DNA of 64,000 nt from an uncultured Gammaproteobacteria bacterium (lineage in GTDB: Bacteria > Pseudomonadota > Gammaproteobacteria > Steroidobacterales > BM003). A model generated the notes under the pieces. It did not search any database. It was given only the letters and a program-made list of their open reading frames with translations, and was not told where the DNA came from. The first letter of the stretch is position 1, and the number at the start of each line of letters is the position of its first letter. The stretch lies in NCBI GenBank assembly GCA_963783695.1, contig CAWAOM010000001.1:289938-353937 (forward strand), in the 5' to 3' direction. Made by a program: the position numbers and the translations under genes. Shown here piece after piece: positions 9,680-18,494 of this stretch.

Positions 9680-10666
9680 ATGACCGCTAAGCCTTTGAAA
9701 AATCGTAAAGACTCGCCCAAGGTCAGTTATCACTGCATCGGCGCGGAGGAAGCGGGCCAGCGCCTCGATAACTTTCTGCTGCGAGTGTTGAAAGGCGTCC
9801 CCAAAACGCGGATTTACAGGGCCATCCGCCGCGGAGAGGTGCGGGTCGACGGCGGCAGGGCGGCGGCATCGCGCAAACTCAAGGCCGGAGAATCGATAAG
9901 ATTGCCGCCGCTACGCAGAGCCGAAGGTGAGACGCCGCGTTCGCCCGATGCGGCCCGAAAGGCCATTCTGGGGCAGATTGTCTTCGAGGATGAACGACTA
10001 CTCGCCATCAATAAACCGGCGGGACTGGCCGCGCATGGCGGCAGCGGCGTGAGTTTTGGCGCAATCGAGCTGATGCGCCAGGCTCGGCCCGATCTGGCGT
10101 ATCTCGAGCTTGTCCATCGGCTGGACCGCGATACCAGTGGGTGCCTGTTGTTTGCCAAGCGTCGCAGCGCGTTACGCGCCATGCACGAGCAGCTGAGGGA
10201 AAACGCAGTTGACAAACGGTACCTTGCCTTGCTGGTCGGCCGGCTCGGACCCGGGCACAGCCGGGTAGATGCCGCTCTGGCGACCAACCTGCGGCGTGGC
10301 GGCGAGCGCATGGTCATCGTCGAGCCCGATACCGGCAAGCGCTCCGTGTCGACTTTCAAAACGGTCAGGACGTTTCCCGAGGCAACCCTTGCCGAGGTCC
10401 GGATCGAAACCGGCCGGACCCATCAGATCCGGGTCCATGCGGCGCATCTGGGGCATCCTGTCGCCGGTGATGAGAAGTACGGCGACCGTGATGCCAATCG
10501 TGTCTTGCGCCGGCTGGGACTAAGGCGGATGTTTCTGCATGCGCAGTCGCTTTCGTTCGAGCAACCGGGTAGCGCCGAGACGGTGTGTATTACCGCCCCG
10601 TTACAGGCGGAGCTGCGCGAGTTGCTGGATCGTCTCGAGGCGATCGGTGGCGGCCCGTCAGGGTAG
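9680..10666 (+). CDS. rluC: 23S rRNA pseudouridine synthase RluC (RluA family with S4 domain)
   Basis: S4-like N-terminus (GQRLDNFLLRVLKGVPKTRIYRAIRRGEVRVDG), catalytic HRLDRDTSG, GRTHQIRVH. Divergent from rne. Confidence 0.88.
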   Translation: MTAKPLKNRKDSPKVSYHCIGAEEAGQRLDNFLLRVLKGVPKTRIYRAIRRGEVRVDGGRAAASRKLKAGESIRLPPLRRAEGETPRSPDAARKAILGQIVFEDERLLAINKPAGLAAHGGSGVSFGAIELMRQARPDLAYLELVHRLDRDTSGCLLFAKRRSALRAMHEQLRENAVDKRYLALLVGRLGPGHSRVDAALATNLRRGGERMVIVEPDTGKRSVSTFKTVRTFPEATLAEVRIETGRTHQIRVHAAHLGHPVAGDEKYGDRDANRVLRRLGLRRMFLHAQSLSFEQPGSAETVCITAPLQAELRELLDRLEAIGGGPSG

Positions 10667-11302
10667 ACGGAAACCACTGTCGCGCAACGCCTGCGCCAGC
10701 CATATCAGCGGTAGTCCTATCAGTCCGGTCGGGTCGCGGCTGGTGACCTCATCGAACAGGGATATGCCAAGCGCCTCGGCCTTGAAGCCACCGGCACAAT
10801 CCAGCGCCGGCTCGCGCACGACATAGCGGGCGATTTCATTGGCGCTGAGTTGGCGAAAATGCACGTCCGTGTTGTCAACATGCTGTTGTTCCGCGAGCGG
10901 CGCCGGATTCCTGACGCATACCGCGGTGTAAAACCGGACCTTGCTTCCGCCGCAAAGTTGCAGTTGGCGCGCCGCGGCCTCCGGCGTCCGCGGTTTTCCG
11001 AGAACCGCATCACCGACGCTGGCGACCTGGTCTGATCCGATAATCGTGGCAGCGGGAAACTGTTCCGCCAGCTTTGCGGCCTTTTGTCGGGCCAGCCGCG
11101 ACGCAAGTTCGCGCGGCGTCTCGCCATCAAGCGCAGCCTCGTCAATGTCGGCGGACGCCTGGATGAATTCCAGCCCAAGGCGCTGCAACAGACCTGCCCG
11201 ATAGCGGGATTTCGATGCCAGCACAAGTGGTCGTGGCGGGTTGGCCGCGGATGGGGTCACTCGATGTCCCTGCAGTGAATTCGGTCGCGCAATTGTACGC
11301 AT
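10658..11302 (-). CDS. maf: Maf-like nucleoside triphosphate pyrophosphatase (YceF type)
   Basis: LVLASKSRYRAGLLQRLGL...IGSDQV...GKP... is Maf family. Position next to yceD-rpmF-plsX as in E. coli. Start chosen at the internal ATG 11302; the ORF-track start 11479 would overlap yceD. The start is uncertain. Confidence 0.8.
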   Translation of the reverse strand: MRTIARPNSLQGHRVTPSAANPPRPLVLASKSRYRAGLLQRLGLEFIQASADIDEAALDGETPRELASRLARQKAAKLAEQFPAATIIGSDQVASVGDAVLGKPRTPEAAARQLQLCGGSKVRFYTAVCVRNPAPLAEQQHVDNTDVHFRQLSANEIARYVVREPALDCAGGFKAEALGISLFDEVTSRDPTGLIGLPLIWLAQALRDSGFRLP

Positions 11303-11408
11303 GTGGGGCAAGGCATGGGCGGTCCTGATTATCCACTTAACAATCAATGGGTTGGTTAACGATGTCGCCTTTGACCCCTTTCTGGCAAAAAGATATAATT
11401 GACCGCTT

Positions 11409-11969
11409 ATGTCGGGAACTCTCACCGAGCCTGTCAGGATTTTCGAACTTGCCGCCAGGGGCTTTGCCGGTGACGACACTCTCGATTTCAGGGAGTTACC
11501 GAGGCTTGCGGCTGTTCTTTTGCCGGAGTTTGTCGAGAGCGGCTGTGTGAGAGTCGAATTGACGCTCTCCGGGGAGGCGCAATCGGTGGCGGTCCGGGGT
11601 CGGATCGAGGCGCAGCTTGGTTTGCAGTGTCAGCGCTGTTTGCGTCCGCTGACGTACCCGATCGAGCACGACTTTGCATGGTTGCTGGGCGAGGCGACTG
11701 CGCAGCCGGTCACGGTAGCGGATGAATTCGAGCCAATTCGGCTCGAGGATTGCCGCGCCGAAGGTATTGCAAGAGGAGAGGGCAAGGACACGACGCTGAA
11801 GCTGGCGCCCTTGCTCGAAGATGAATTGATGCTTCAACTGCCCTTCGCGCCAATGCACGAAGACGCGGATTGTAAGGCAACGACCAGTAGCTCTGTGGCC
11901 GCTTCCGCCGACAGCGAGACGGTGCATCCGTTTGCTGCGCTGGCTGAGTTAAAGAAGAAGCGCGACTGA
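11409..11969 (+). CDS. yceD: YceD family (DUF177) ribosome-maturation-associated protein
   Basis: 186 aa, CQRCLRPL...Cys pair, acidic C-terminus. Immediately upstream of rpmF. Confidence 0.85.
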   Translation: MSGTLTEPVRIFELAARGFAGDDTLDFRELPRLAAVLLPEFVESGCVRVELTLSGEAQSVAVRGRIEAQLGLQCQRCLRPLTYPIEHDFAWLLGEATAQPVTVADEFEPIRLEDCRAEGIARGEGKDTTLKLAPLLEDELMLQLPFAPMHEDADCKATTSSSVAASADSETVHPFAALAELKKKRD

Positions 11970-12015
11970 TTTTTTACCGATTTCGATCTTTGGATACTTT
12001 TTGGAGTACAGCACG

Positions 12016-12207
12016 ATGGCCGTTCAAAAAAACAGGAAATCTTCGTCGAAGCGGGATATGCGCCGTGCGCATGACAGCCTCGGCAAACCGGCGCTCTCGA
12101 TTGAGCCGACCAGTGGTGAGACACACCGCCGTCACCACATCAGTCCCGATGGGTACTATCGTGGCCGCCAGGTCATCAAACCCGCTATCGAAGAAGAAAT
12201 CGAATAA
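12016..12207 (+). CDS. rpmF: 50S ribosomal protein L32
   Basis: [20 protein letters not shown] is the conserved L32 N-terminus. The ATG at 12016 is preferred over the ORF-track start at 12001. Confidence 0.93.
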   Translation: MAVQKNRKSSSKRDMRRAHDSLGKPALSIEPTSGETHRRHHISPDGYYRGRQVIKPAIEEEIE

Positions 12208-12272
12208 CTCTGCTGGCCGGCGTTACACCGTCGCTGCTTCATCCTGACCGACAATCGCGAGCCGGGGGCGAG

Positions 12273-13274
12273 ATGCTGACCACGATCGCTGTAGATGCGA
12301 TGAGTGGCGACCATGGTGCAGATATTTGTGTGCCCGCCTGTCTCCGTTTCCTGCGTGAGCACGGCGATGCGCACCTGTTGCTGGTGGGCGACGAGCCGAT
12401 ACTGCAAGGACTGGCATTTTCACGCGGCGCGGAAGCTTCGCGTTTGGACATCGTTCATGCGTCTCAGGTCGTGACCATGGATGATAGTGCGCGGGATGCG
12501 GTTCGGCGTAAAAAAGACTCATCCATGCGCGTCGCAATCGACCTGGTGAAGCAGGGCGCTGCGGCTGCTTGTGTCAGCGCCGGAAATACCGGTGCGTTGA
12601 TGGCCACCGCGCGGTTTGTACTGAAGACATTGCCGCGAATAGACCGGCCCGCGATCATTTCTGCGATACCTGCCGTCAATGGCCACACCCATATGCTGGA
12701 CCTTGGTGCAAATGCCCGCTGTACGGCCGAGCAGCTGTTTCAGTTTGCCTTGATGGGATCCATAACCGCTCAGGAAGTGCATCGGCTCGAACGCCCGCGC
12801 GTCGGTCTCCTAAATATTGGCGAGGAGGAGATCAAGGGACACGAAATTGTACAGCAGGCTGCGGCATTGTTGCTCGCGAGCGATCTCAACTATGTCGGCT
12901 TTGTCGAGGGTGACGATATATTTCACGGCGCCGTGGATGTCGTGGTAACCGACGGTTTTACCGGCAATGTTGCGCTCAAGACAATGGAAGGCGTGGCCAA
13001 GATGATTGCCCAACTGACCCGCGAGGAGTTCACCCGTTCCGCCTTCGCCCGCCTGCAGGGCCTGGCGGCAATGCCTGCGCTGAAGGCGTTGAAAGCGCGG
13101 CTCGATCCGCGGCGTTACAATGGCGCGAGCCTGGTCGGTCTGCCGGGCGTGGTGGTCAAGAGCCATGGCGGAGCCGATGAAGTCGCATTTTGTAACGCGC
13201 TTGAAATGGCGCGCCTGGAAGCGCACACGGATTTGCCGGCGCGCATCAGCAAACTTCTGCAAGAGCAACCCTAA
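12273..13274 (+). CDS. plsX: Phosphate acyltransferase PlsX
   Basis: IAVDAMSGDHG..., SAGNTGALMA, VVKSHG motifs. rpmF-plsX-fabH order. Confidence 0.93.
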   Translation: MLTTIAVDAMSGDHGADICVPACLRFLREHGDAHLLLVGDEPILQGLAFSRGAEASRLDIVHASQVVTMDDSARDAVRRKKDSSMRVAIDLVKQGAAAACVSAGNTGALMATARFVLKTLPRIDRPAIISAIPAVNGHTHMLDLGANARCTAEQLFQFALMGSITAQEVHRLERPRVGLLNIGEEEIKGHEIVQQAAALLLASDLNYVGFVEGDDIFHGAVDVVVTDGFTGNVALKTMEGVAKMIAQLTREEFTRSAFARLQGLAAMPALKALKARLDPRRYNGASLVGLPGVVVKSHGGADEVAFCNALEMARLEAHTDLPARISKLLQEQP

Positions 13275-14243
13275 GTGATCTATTCAAAAATCAGCGGTAC
13301 CGGACGATGCCTGCCCGATAATCTGGTTACCAATGCAGACCTGGAAAAGACGGTCGATACGACCGATGAGTGGATCCGGAGTCGTACCGGTATCGAGCGC
13401 CGGCATATCGCGGCCGATGGTGAGACTACCTCTGACCTTTGCGTCGGTGCCGCCCGGCAGGCGATAGAGGCGGCCGGAATCAATCCCCATGATATTGATT
13501 TCATCGCGGTCGGGACGACGACGCCGGACCAGGTTTTCCCCAATGTCGGATGCCTGGTTCAGGACAAACTCGGCATCGGAGGATGCCCGGCTTTCAGTCT
13601 GGAAACTGCCTGTAGCGGCTTCATTTATGCACTGGGTATCGCTGATAAATTCGTTCAAACGGGATCTGCGAAATGCGCCCTCGTAATCGGCGCGGAAACC
13701 TTGTCACGGATGGTTGACTGGTCGGACCGCGGCACCTGTGTGTTATTTGGTGATGGTGCAGGTGCGGTGATCATAGAGCCGTCCGGGGAACCTGGAATTG
13801 TCTCCACTCACCTCCATGCAGATGGCCAGTACAAGGATCTGCTGTTTTTCCCAAGCGGTGTATCGCGCGGGTTCGGCGCGTGGAAGGAAGGCGGTGATTT
13901 TATCCAGATGCGTGGCAACGAAGTGTTCAAGGTTGCGGTGACCAAGCTGGGGGAAATTGTCGAGGAAACCCTGGCAGCCAACGGACTGGAGAAATCCGAT
14001 ATCGATTGGCTGATACCGCATCAGGCCAATATCCGGATTATCAAGGCCACCGCGAGGAAACTCGATATGCCAATGGAGCGGGTCATCCTCACGGTTCAGG
14101 ATCACGGCAATACCTCGGCTGCATCGGTGCCGATGGCGCTGGATGTGGCTGTTCGGGACGGGCGAATCAAGCGCGGAGACACGCTCCTGCTCGAAGCTTT
14201 CGGGGGTGGGTTTACATGGGGGTCCGCTCTGATCAGGTATTAG
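13275..14243 (+). CDS. fabH: 3-oxoacyl-ACP synthase III FabH
   Basis: Active-site Cys in ACSGFIYAL, HQANIRII, GNTSAASVP. GTG start directly after the plsX stop. Confidence 0.93.
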   Translation: MIYSKISGTGRCLPDNLVTNADLEKTVDTTDEWIRSRTGIERRHIAADGETTSDLCVGAARQAIEAAGINPHDIDFIAVGTTTPDQVFPNVGCLVQDKLGIGGCPAFSLETACSGFIYALGIADKFVQTGSAKCALVIGAETLSRMVDWSDRGTCVLFGDGAGAVIIEPSGEPGIVSTHLHADGQYKDLLFFPSGVSRGFGAWKEGGDFIQMRGNEVFKVAVTKLGEIVEETLAANGLEKSDIDWLIPHQANIRIIKATARKLDMPMERVILTVQDHGNTSAASVPMALDVAVRDGRIKRGDTLLLEAFGGGFTWGSALIRY

Positions 14244-14305
14244 CCCGGACGGATTCCGGGCCGCGTCCTGGTCAATTGCAGGTCAGGCGCGCGACTTTGA
14301 CCGGT

Positions 14306-14518
14306 TCAGGTGCCGCCGCGCGCGGTATGAATACGGGAGCGCCAGATTTCAAATGCATCCCAGGCCTGGACGGAACCTGTAACGCTCACATCCTGCCGCT
14401 TTGCCGGTAATCCACCGTGCGCATCGGTCGATCTGTACAGACTTCTTGCCTGGGATCCGGATTGGGTAGACACGTCGCTCAGCCCTGCTTCCGTTCCTGG
14501 GATTATTTTTGCTTCCAT
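14306..14518 (-). CDS. Hypothetical small protein (70 aa)
   Basis: The internal ATG at 14518 is preceded by a strong Shine-Dalgarno (GGAGGAGAAGCA-ATG on the minus strand). The longer ORF-track version (to 14821) would overlap the upstream gene. No family recognised. Confidence 0.35.
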   Translation of the reverse strand: MEAKIIPGTEAGLSDVSTQSGSQARSLYRSTDAHGGLPAKRQDVSVTGSVQAWDAFEIWRSRIHTARGGT

Positions 14519-14657
14519 TGCTTCTCCTCCGTGGAACATTAACTTATAGCTTTTTATGCGAGCTAATTCAAGGAAAAACGATGGCGCTCGTCGCAGGATT
14601 TTGCCGCCGCAACGCATCGACGCGATCGCGGAGGCGACGATTTCCCCATGACAGCGA

Positions 14658-15200
14658 TCAGAAAAGGCGTTTTTCGCCCGACCGGTCATTATCGATACGC
14701 CGGTACATCCGCTGGTAAAGTTGCGAGCGGCGTTGTTTGAGGCGGCGTGCCCGGGTTTCGAGATCGCGGCCGACCTTGTGGCGCTTGAAGTAAGTGTCGC
14801 GGTAACTGCAGAAATCGGCATAGGCTTCGCGCTGGTGGCGCAGATCGCGCAGCACTAACTCGACCATTATGGCGTCATCGAGGTAGCCAAGCCCCGGGAC
14901 GTCGTCGGGGATCAGGTCGTTGGGGTCTGACAGATAGGCGAGAACCGCAAGGACATCCTCTCGTTCCAGTCGCGGCAGCGACCAGTCGTCGTCCAGCGTC
15001 ATTGCGATGAGAGTTTCCAGCTGGGCCGCACGGCTGGAAACAAACTCTGGCACGTTTTTCCCGCCCAGTGCCTGCAGCGCCAAGCGCGCGCCGGCAATGA
15101 CCTCATCGACATCCATGCGCTTGACGGTCTTCCTGATTGCCCGTATTTCCCTGCGCAGATTCGCAATGTCCTTCTCGCCGATTTCTATTGATATCTTCAT
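14658..15200 (-). CDS. Hypothetical protein with a DUF1232/YkvA-like motif
   Basis: YLSDPNDLIPDDVPGLGYLDDAIMVELV resembles the DUF1232 core motif (recalled). Basic C-terminal tail. Start taken at MKISIEIG (15200) rather than 15299. Confidence 0.55.
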   Translation of the reverse strand: MKISIEIGEKDIANLRREIRAIRKTVKRMDVDEVIAGARLALQALGGKNVPEFVSSRAAQLETLIAMTLDDDWSLPRLEREDVLAVLAYLSDPNDLIPDDVPGLGYLDDAIMVELVLRDLRHQREAYADFCSYRDTYFKRHKVGRDLETRARRLKQRRSQLYQRMYRRIDNDRSGEKRLF

Positions 15201-15321
15201 GATGTCAGGAGTCCGTTGCCTGAGGCCGATACAATTTGTGGTGCGGTGCACGGCTGTGCTATTCGTCTGCTGCATCTTGATCGCCGCAGTGTCAGCCACT
15301 GCATCATAATAGACCAGAGTC

Positions 15322-16839
15322 GTGAGGTCCGATATCCAAAACTCATTGCCAGGCTCGCCCGCGACCCGGTTTGCCGCCTTGCTGGCCGGACCGCTGGTTG
15401 CGCTAGTCGTCTACCAGTTGCTGCCGCAGCACTTTGTCGACAGCAACGGGATCAGCACCGTTTTTAGCGCGGAGGGCCGGGCAACCGCGGCGATCGGTGT
15501 GTGGATGGCCATTTGGTGGATGACCGAGGCAATACCTGTCTATGCGACGGCACTGATTCCGCTCGCGGTATTTCCGCTGGTTGGTGCTGCGCCAATACGC
15601 GCCGCCGCCGCGCCCTACGGGCATGAGCTGATCTTCCTGTTCATGGGCGGATTTATCATCGCGCTGGCAATGGAGCGATGGGGGCTGCATCGGAGGATTG
15701 CCTTTACCGCATTGCGGTTCGTCGGGACCGGGCAGGCACGCGTTGTCGCGGGTTTCATGTTTGTCACTGCCGCGATGAGCATGTGGGTAACCAATACCGC
15801 GACCACCCTGTTGATGTTGCCGATCGCGATTTCCATCATCACGCTGGGCGAAGGCGAAGAATCATCCGAACCCACAGCCGCTCAGCATCGCTTCTCCCTG
15901 TGTTTGTTGCTTGGCATTGCTTATGCGGCATCGATAGGCGGAATCGGTACGCTGATCGGTACGGTTCCGAACGCTTTCCTCGCGGCGTTCGCGTCCAGTG
16001 ATCTTGGCGTCGAGATAAGTTTTGTCGGCTGGATGGCCGTCGGGGTACCCGTGGTATGCATACTTTTGCCCGTCGTGTGGTGGTTGCTGACACGAATACT
16101 CTTCCCGCTGGGCCAACAGCGGATAGATGCCGGTCCCGGTGCCATCGACCGGGCCTATAGCGGGCTGGGACCGATGAATAGCGGGGAGCGGGTGACGCTG
16201 GTGGTCTTTCTCCTTACAGCCGGCTCGTGGCTGACGCGGCCGTTGCTCAATCAGCTCGAAATCGGCGGGGCGATGCCACTGGCCGGTCTCAGCGATGCCG
16301 GTATCGCAATAATCGGGGCGCTACTGTTATTTGTCTGCCCGGTTTCTTTGCGCCGCCCGGTATTTGCCATGGATTGGGAAACCGCGGTGCGGCTGCCGTG
16401 GGGCTTGCTGGTGCTGTTCGGCGGCGGCCTGAGCCTTGCCGCGGCGATCCGGATCAACGGGGTTGGTGAGTTTCTCGTGGCCAGCACGGCGGGACTGACG
16501 TCCATGCCGGGGTGGGTGATTATTCTGGCGGTCGTGGCGCTGATCGTCTTTCTCACCGAGCTGACCAGCAATACTGCCACCACGGCGACGCTAATACCGA
16601 TCCTGGCCGCGGTTGCGCCGGCGCTCGGGCTGGAGCCGCTTGCCCTTGCAGTGCCCGCGGCAATTGCTGCGAGCTGCGCTTTCATGTTGCCCGTCGCGAC
16701 GCCGCCAAATGCGATCGTATTCGGATCGGGCCGGGTCCGTATTCTCGAGATGAGTCGGGCAGGATTATGGCTCAACCTGATCGCTATTGTCGTCGTTACC
16801 GCCGCAGGTTATGCGCTGGTGTTACCCGCGCTCGGCTGA
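15322..16839 (+). CDS. SLC13/DASS family anion:sodium symporter permease
   Basis: 505 aa, polytopic. Duplicated hairpin-type motifs (...MWVTNTATTLLMLPI... and ...LTELTSNTATTATLIPI...) are characteristic of the DASS/SLC13 fold. GTG start. Confidence 0.8.
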   Translation: MRSDIQNSLPGSPATRFAALLAGPLVALVVYQLLPQHFVDSNGISTVFSAEGRATAAIGVWMAIWWMTEAIPVYATALIPLAVFPLVGAAPIRAAAAPYGHELIFLFMGGFIIALAMERWGLHRRIAFTALRFVGTGQARVVAGFMFVTAAMSMWVTNTATTLLMLPIAISIITLGEGEESSEPTAAQHRFSLCLLLGIAYAASIGGIGTLIGTVPNAFLAAFASSDLGVEISFVGWMAVGVPVVCILLPVVWWLLTRILFPLGQQRIDAGPGAIDRAYSGLGPMNSGERVTLVVFLLTAGSWLTRPLLNQLEIGGAMPLAGLSDAGIAIIGALLLFVCPVSLRRPVFAMDWETAVRLPWGLLVLFGGGLSLAAAIRINGVGEFLVASTAGLTSMPGWVIILAVVALIVFLTELTSNTATTATLIPILAAVAPALGLEPLALAVPAAIAASCAFMLPVATPPNAIVFGSGRVRILEMSRAGLWLNLIAIVVVTAAGYALVLPALG

Positions 16840-16930
16840 GTTCTTCGACTTGCCGATCGTCTTCTGCCGTGGGAGGATAGCGATCGAAATCCGTCTTTTC
16901 CACCCGGTTTTGCGCAGGATCAGTTCAGGG

Positions 16931-17929
16931 ATGAAACTCATACTTGCTTGTTTTAGTCTTGCCGTGGCCGCGCTAGCGGCGTTGCTCGTGCCGGGAACGG
17001 TGACAGCGGCGAGCTTCGTGTTACCCCCGCCCGATATTGACGTCGTCGGCACGACCGGCACGGTAAGAGCGAGGGAGGAGGATACTCTTCTCGATATTGC
17101 GCGCGAGCACGGGCTGGGATACGAGGACATCGTTCGCGCCAACCCGGATACCGATCCCTGGTTGCCGGGAGAAGGGACCGAGGTGTTGCTCCCGACCCGG
17201 TTCATTCTGCCGCCGGGGCCACGCAAGGGTATCGTGCTAAACCTGCCCGAATTGCGTCTGTATTATTATCGCCCGGCCAAATCGGGCGAAGTGCCGATGG
17301 TCGAGACTCACCCGGTCAGCATCGGGCGCATGGACTGGGCGACGCCGTTGGGGCAGACCAAAATTGTAACCAAGGTCCGCAACCCTGCCTGGTATCCGCC
17401 AGAGTCGATCCGCAAGGAACATGCCGAGGATGGCGACATTCTGCCCAGAGTAGTTCCGCCTGGTCCGGATAACCCGTTGGGTGGTTTTGCGATGCGCCTC
17501 TCGATCCCCGGATACCTGATCCACAGCACCAACAGACCTTCTGGCGTCGGCATGCGGGTGACGCACGGGTGTATCCGGATGTACCCGGAAAATATCGAGG
17601 CATTGTTCGAAATTGTTCCTGTGGGTACCCCGGTGCGGATCATCAATGAGCCCTACAAGGTGGGCTGGGGTGTCGATTCGCTGTACCTTGAGGCGCATCC
17701 GCCGCTGGATGAGGATGCGGAACGTATCGGGCGTGATCTGACCGTAGTGACCGAACTGATCGTCAAGGCCACCAGCGAGCGCAATATTTCGGTTGACTGG
17801 GATCGTATCGGCACAATATTTGAGGCAGCCAGCGGTGTGCCGGACTCGATGGCTGCCAGCGATGCCGCGCCAATTCGGGTGAGCAACGACGATGGCCAGG
17901 GGGTTGAGCGAGAGCAGAACTCGCTTTAG
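16931..17929 (+). CDS. L,D-transpeptidase with LysM domain (YkuD/ErfK/YcfS family)
   Basis: Signal peptide MKLILACFSLAVAALAALL, LysM-like DTLLDIAREHGLGYEDIVRANP, catalytic LIHSTN...THGCIRM. Start moved to 16931. Confidence 0.88.
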   Translation: MKLILACFSLAVAALAALLVPGTVTAASFVLPPPDIDVVGTTGTVRAREEDTLLDIAREHGLGYEDIVRANPDTDPWLPGEGTEVLLPTRFILPPGPRKGIVLNLPELRLYYYRPAKSGEVPMVETHPVSIGRMDWATPLGQTKIVTKVRNPAWYPPESIRKEHAEDGDILPRVVPPGPDNPLGGFAMRLSIPGYLIHSTNRPSGVGMRVTHGCIRMYPENIEALFEIVPVGTPVRIINEPYKVGWGVDSLYLEAHPPLDEDAERIGRDLTVVTELIVKATSERNISVDWDRIGTIFEAASGVPDSMAASDAAPIRVSNDDGQGVEREQNSL

Positions 17930-17956
17930 GCATCACTCATACCGTTGCAGGCAGGC

Positions 17957-17993
17957 AAAAAAAAACGCCGCGGCAAAACCGCGGCGTTTTTTT
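17957..17993. terminator. Bidirectional intrinsic terminator between the L,D-transpeptidase gene and lpp
   Basis: A9-cgccgcgg-caaaa-ccgcggcg-T7: a perfect 8-bp GC stem flanked by A and T runs. Confidence 0.85.
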
Positions 17994-18009
17994 GGCCGAA
18001 GATGACAGC

Positions 18010-18321
18010 TTACTTGCGCTGTGCCCTCTCAAACATGCGATCAATTTTCTCGCTGTTACGGTTGCAGCAAGCCTGCGAGGCCTGTGCCGCACGTCCAGCC
18101 TGATCAGCCGCACTCTGTGCCGCAGCAGACATCTGCTTGGCATCGTTGGCGGCACGTCCGGCAGCATCTGCGGCAGATTTCGCTGACTGTGCTTCGCTCA
18201 GAGCCCGGTCGGCAATGGCTTTGACTTCGTCAAGCCTTGTGTTGGTGGCACATCCTGATGCGATTACAAGTGCGACAGCAACAGCACTAGCCTTCATGGC
18301 AATTCCGATCTTCTTATTCAT
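18010..18321 (-). CDS. lpp: Lpp/OprI-like alanine-zipper outer-membrane lipoprotein with C-terminal Lys
   Basis: Lipobox LVIASGC. Ala/Gln-rich heptad-like mature part. C-terminus ...DRMFERAQRK resembles the OprI/Lpp ends (...RK). Start at MNKKIG (18321); an alternative ATG lies 8 codons later. Confidence 0.7.
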   Translation of the reverse strand: MNKKIGIAMKASAVAVALVIASGCATNTRLDEVKAIADRALSEAQSAKSAADAAGRAANDAKQMSAAAQSAADQAGRAAQASQACCNRNSEKIDRMFERAQRK

Positions 18322-18494
18322 AACTCGTCCCCTAGCAATCAAACAAACGATGAGAATTCTAATCAAATTCAACAGATTCGAGTGGCCAGATATCTTTACG
18401 ATAGAGGTCCTGACCTATTCGCCCAGAGAACATACTTCATAACGGGTCGGGCAATCAAGCGTCGCGCGCCTGCGACACCGCGCGGGCGGTGCCG

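Noticed and set aside
14306-14821. Full 171-aa version of the minus-strand ORF downstream of the DUF1232-like gene
   Set aside because: Its first 100 codons overlap the 3' end of the better-supported 14658-15200 gene in another frame. Only the distal 70 codons, preceded by a strong SD, are retained, and at low confidence.
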